DNA of 64,000 bases from an uncultured virus (IMG/VR IMGVR_UViG_3300015607_005478). Taxonomy: Duplodnaviria; Heunggongvirae; Uroviricota; Caudoviricetes. The notes under the pieces were generated by a model. That model made no database searches and was not told where the DNA came from. It saw only the letters and a list, made by a program, of their open reading frames with translations. Position 1 is the stretch's first letter. Each line of letters starts with the position of its first letter. The stretch is taken from IMG/VR virus record IMGVR_UViG_3300015607_005478; one strand, 5' to 3'. Of the stretch, positions 61,912 through 64,000 are shown piece after piece. Position numbers and translations under genes: made by a program.

Positions 61912-62180
61912 CAGACGCGTTCATTCACGAGATGTTCCTCGCTCTCGTGAACAACTGCGCTGTCCGTCTCGAGGGTTTCGGAACGTTGAGCGTGTGCGTC
62001 GTTGAAGCGAAGAAGCTACCGCGACGCTCACCCGCGTGGGCCAGCGTTCTCCGGAAGTACTATGTAAAGTTCAGAAAGAGTGACCCGCTGGGGGAGGCGC
62101 TTCAAGCCAAACACGGCCGGTCCAAAACAAGGAGAACGGACGATGGACAAGTACGGAGTCGACGAAAACGTAGACGGTGA
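61830..62180 (+). CDS. HU/IHF-like DNA-binding protein
   Basis: LNRRALNQRVAELLGIPARDVADVTDAFIHEMFLALVNNCAVRLEGFGTL...VKFRKSDPL. Confidence 0.8.
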   Translation: MEVLNRRALNQRVAELLGIPARDVADVTDAFIHEMFLALVNNCAVRLEGFGTLSVCVVEAKKLPRRSPAWASVLRKYYVKFRKSDPLGEALQAKHGRSKTRRTDDGQVRSRRKRRR

Positions 62181-62298
62181 AGACCTCGAGAAGAAGGCTG
62201 CGGAAGGTTGCCCGAAGTGCGGCGCGAAGCCGGTACGTCACGGCAAGCTTCTGATGTGCCCGACTCACGGGTCAGAGCCATTCGAACAACCGAAGTAG
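62143..62298 (+). CDS. Small zinc-ribbon protein
   Basis: AGGAG RBS; MDKYGVDE...CPKCG...CPTHGSEPFE. Confidence 0.6.
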   Translation: MDKYGVDENVDGEDLEKKAAEGCPKCGAKPVRHGKLLMCPTHGSEPFEQPK

Positions 62299-62314
62299 AC
62301 CGCCAGGAGAGACC

Positions 62315-63628
62315 ATGCCCAAGCTTGCCGTTACGGAGATCACAAAGAAGGTTGCCGCGCTTGAAGCGAAACTGAACCGCGGCGCCAAGGTGAAGGGTGC
62401 ACACGTTTGCGCGCCCATCGACCAGTCTCCCAACACGTACTTTCTTCGCCGGCCCTCCGGTATCGTGCCGCTCGATATTCACACGGGCGGCGGGCTGCCG
62501 GCGGGTGGGCTTACGTACTTGTCGGGGCCCGACGGCGCAGGCAAGACGTTCCTGCTCTACAAGTACATCGCGATGTGCCAGAAGCTCTACGGACCGAAGG
62601 CGTGCGTGGCGCTGGGCGTCAGCGAGGCCGCGCCGGACCACTTCTTCATGCGCAAGTGCGGTATCCAGATCGCTGTACCCGAGCGCATGATCGAAGAGCA
62701 GGTCCATGAGCGAAAAGAGCGCGGCGAGCCACCGTTCACGAAGGAGCAGTTGAAGTCCTTTCGCGCGGCGACCGTCGGTGAGATAAAGCTTCTTCGCGGC
62801 GCCACCGGCGAAGAGCTCCTTCAGGCCATCATCGACTGCTTCGATTCAGGGCTCTTTGACATCATCGGCCTCGACTCTATTTCTGCCTGCTTGCCGGAAG
62901 CGGACGCGGAGAAGGACCTCGACCAGGCCGCGAAGCGCGCCGCTGCAGCCGGCATGGTCACGCGGTTCTTCCAACAGTATCTGAACGGCACGACCGGCTA
63001 CTACGGCCTCAACGCCACGACGGTCATCTTCACTTCGCAAGTGCGCGCCAACAACAAGAAGGCGGAGGCGCAGGCTCATATCGCGAGGTACTTGCCCGAT
63101 TACGCGCCGCAAGGTGCGTGGGCAGCGAAGCACGGGAAGCTGATCGACATTCTCATCAAGCCAGGTGAGAAGGAGAAGGAGAACGTTGCAGTCCAACCGC
63201 TGAGCGCCTTCGGTCAGGCAGCGGAAGCCGCGGCTAAGGAGAAGAAGAAGAAAATTCAGACCGGCAAGACCGTGAAGTATGAGGTCTTGAAAGGCAAAGC
63301 CGGCGTGCACGAAGGCATCACTGGTGAGTTCGACTTCCACTTCCCTGCGGGCATGGCCGCGATGCGCGACCCGAATCATCTGCTGACGGAGGATCAGCGC
63401 ATGGTCGTCGTCACCGGCATCCAGAACGGCATCGTCGAGGAGAAGGACGGCCTCATCACGTTCCACCATCCCGTGAGGAATGAGCCGATCGTCCACAATG
63501 GTCTGAAGCTCGAGAAGCTCGCGGGCATTGATCGCCTCGTGCAGCTGATGCGTGAGGACTTCGAGTTGGAGCTCACGCTTCGCCGCGCAGTCCTCTCATC
63601 GTGTGGCGTGGAATGCGCCTATCGCTGA
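62315..63628 (+). CDS. RecA/UvsX-like recombinase
   Basis: PSGIVPLDIHTGGGLPAGG...SGPDGAGKT, IIGLDSI, VIFTSQVR. Confidence 0.88.
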   Translation: MPKLAVTEITKKVAALEAKLNRGAKVKGAHVCAPIDQSPNTYFLRRPSGIVPLDIHTGGGLPAGGLTYLSGPDGAGKTFLLYKYIAMCQKLYGPKACVALGVSEAAPDHFFMRKCGIQIAVPERMIEEQVHERKERGEPPFTKEQLKSFRAATVGEIKLLRGATGEELLQAIIDCFDSGLFDIIGLDSISACLPEADAEKDLDQAAKRAAAAGMVTRFFQQYLNGTTGYYGLNATTVIFTSQVRANNKKAEAQAHIARYLPDYAPQGAWAAKHGKLIDILIKPGEKEKENVAVQPLSAFGQAAEAAAKEKKKKIQTGKTVKYEVLKGKAGVHEGITGEFDFHFPAGMAAMRDPNHLLTEDQRMVVVTGIQNGIVEEKDGLITFHHPVRNEPIVHNGLKLEKLAGIDRLVQLMREDFELELTLRRAVLSSCGVECAYR

Positions 63629-64000
63629 GCACGGCTCCTACCGAGGGCAACTGCTCAAAGTGCGGGCAATGGGCTCTTCTTGTGTCCTTCGCCGTTGTGA
63701 CGGAAACGCATAGCGGCGACGCGGACGCTCTCTGCAGCGGATGCCTCTTTCATCCAGAGGGTGTTCGTGTCGATGTTCCGATGGCTCCTCTTCTGGAGGG
63801 GCCGGCGCCTAGGCGCAAAGCCCTTCGGGAAAACAAGCGGCGGTCGCAGAAACAGGAAGTCGAGCTCGCCGAAGAGCTGAATTGGCGAACACAACCCGGC
63901 TCCGGTAATCAACGCGGCGCGAAGGGCGATGTCCGTGGTAAGAACATCGGGCGCCTCGAAGCAAAGTTCACGCAGGCCGATTCCTTCTCGTTGAAGCTCG
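63613..64000 (+). CDS. 3'-truncated PD-(D/E)XK nuclease, Holliday-junction-resolvase-like
   Basis: Own translation: ...SQKQEVELAEEL...QPGSGNQRGAKGDVR...LEAKFTQADSFSLKL, open to the window end. Confidence 0.75.
   Translation, partial: MRLSLSTAPTEGNCSKCGQWALLVSFAVVTETHSGDADALCSGCLFHPEGVRVDVPMAPLLEGPAPRRKALRENKRRSQKQEVELAEELNWRTQPGSGNQRGAKGDVRGKNIGRLEAKFTQADSFSLKL

Noticed and set aside
59542..63628. Inteins or introns in the polymerase or RecA-like genes
   Set aside because: ORFs are continuous, of ordinary size, with no intein terminal motifs or LAGLIDADG blocks seen.
1..64000. Diversity-generating retroelement or retron
   Set aside because: No reverse transcriptase motifs and no TR/VR pair differing at adenines were noticed by eye.
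1..64000. tRNA, rRNA or tmRNA genes
   Set aside because: No cloverleaf or T-loop-bearing element recognised in the few intergenic gaps; tRNAscan was not run.
1..64000. Alternative genetic code
   Set aside because: All three stops terminate genes and long genes are intact under the standard bacterial code.
53937..64000. Bacterial chromosomal origin of polA, recA-like, thyX and helicase genes
   Set aside because: They are divergent, packed in a phage-style replication operon next to lysis and baseplate genes, and polA lacks the 5'-3' exonuclease domain.

Overview
64 kb of a large, GC-rich (about 60-65% by eye) tailed dsDNA bacteriophage genome, almost all on the + strand with dense ATGA/GTGA gene coupling. 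No host housekeeping operons, integrase, tRNA or CRISPR array were seen. Layout: (1) 1-5.9 kb small non-structural genes including endonuclease VII, a KGG stress protein, a HicB-like protein and a Dam-type methylase; (2) 5.9-14.65 kb virion/tail-accessory block ending in a 1364-aa Gly/Ala/Ser repeat protein; (3) 14.7-36.8 kb accessory region of dozens of small ORFs plus NUDIX, MazG-like, DEDDh exonuclease, HAD nucleotidase, RNase HII and a second endonuclease VII; (4) 36.9-51.3 kb baseplate/tail/tailspike block; (5) 51.4-53.9 kb lysis block; (6) 53.9-64 kb replication block (ThyX, DnaB-like helicase, primase, putative SSB, family A polymerase, HU, RecA-like, resolvase). Main unexplained structure: an inverted three-gene cassette with a palindromic operator and an RHH regulator (Acr/Aca-like layout, 18987-19816); recurring 12-13 nt boundary motifs at gene junctions in 17.4-21.5 kb and in-frame EQR linkers in a mosaic ORF, suggesting cassette shuffling; and two promoter grammars, a bipartite SGGVATAAG motif before non-structural blocks and TANNNT 6-9 nt before the start codon of structural/lysis genes. 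All product calls are by-eye motif recognition; no database searches were run.
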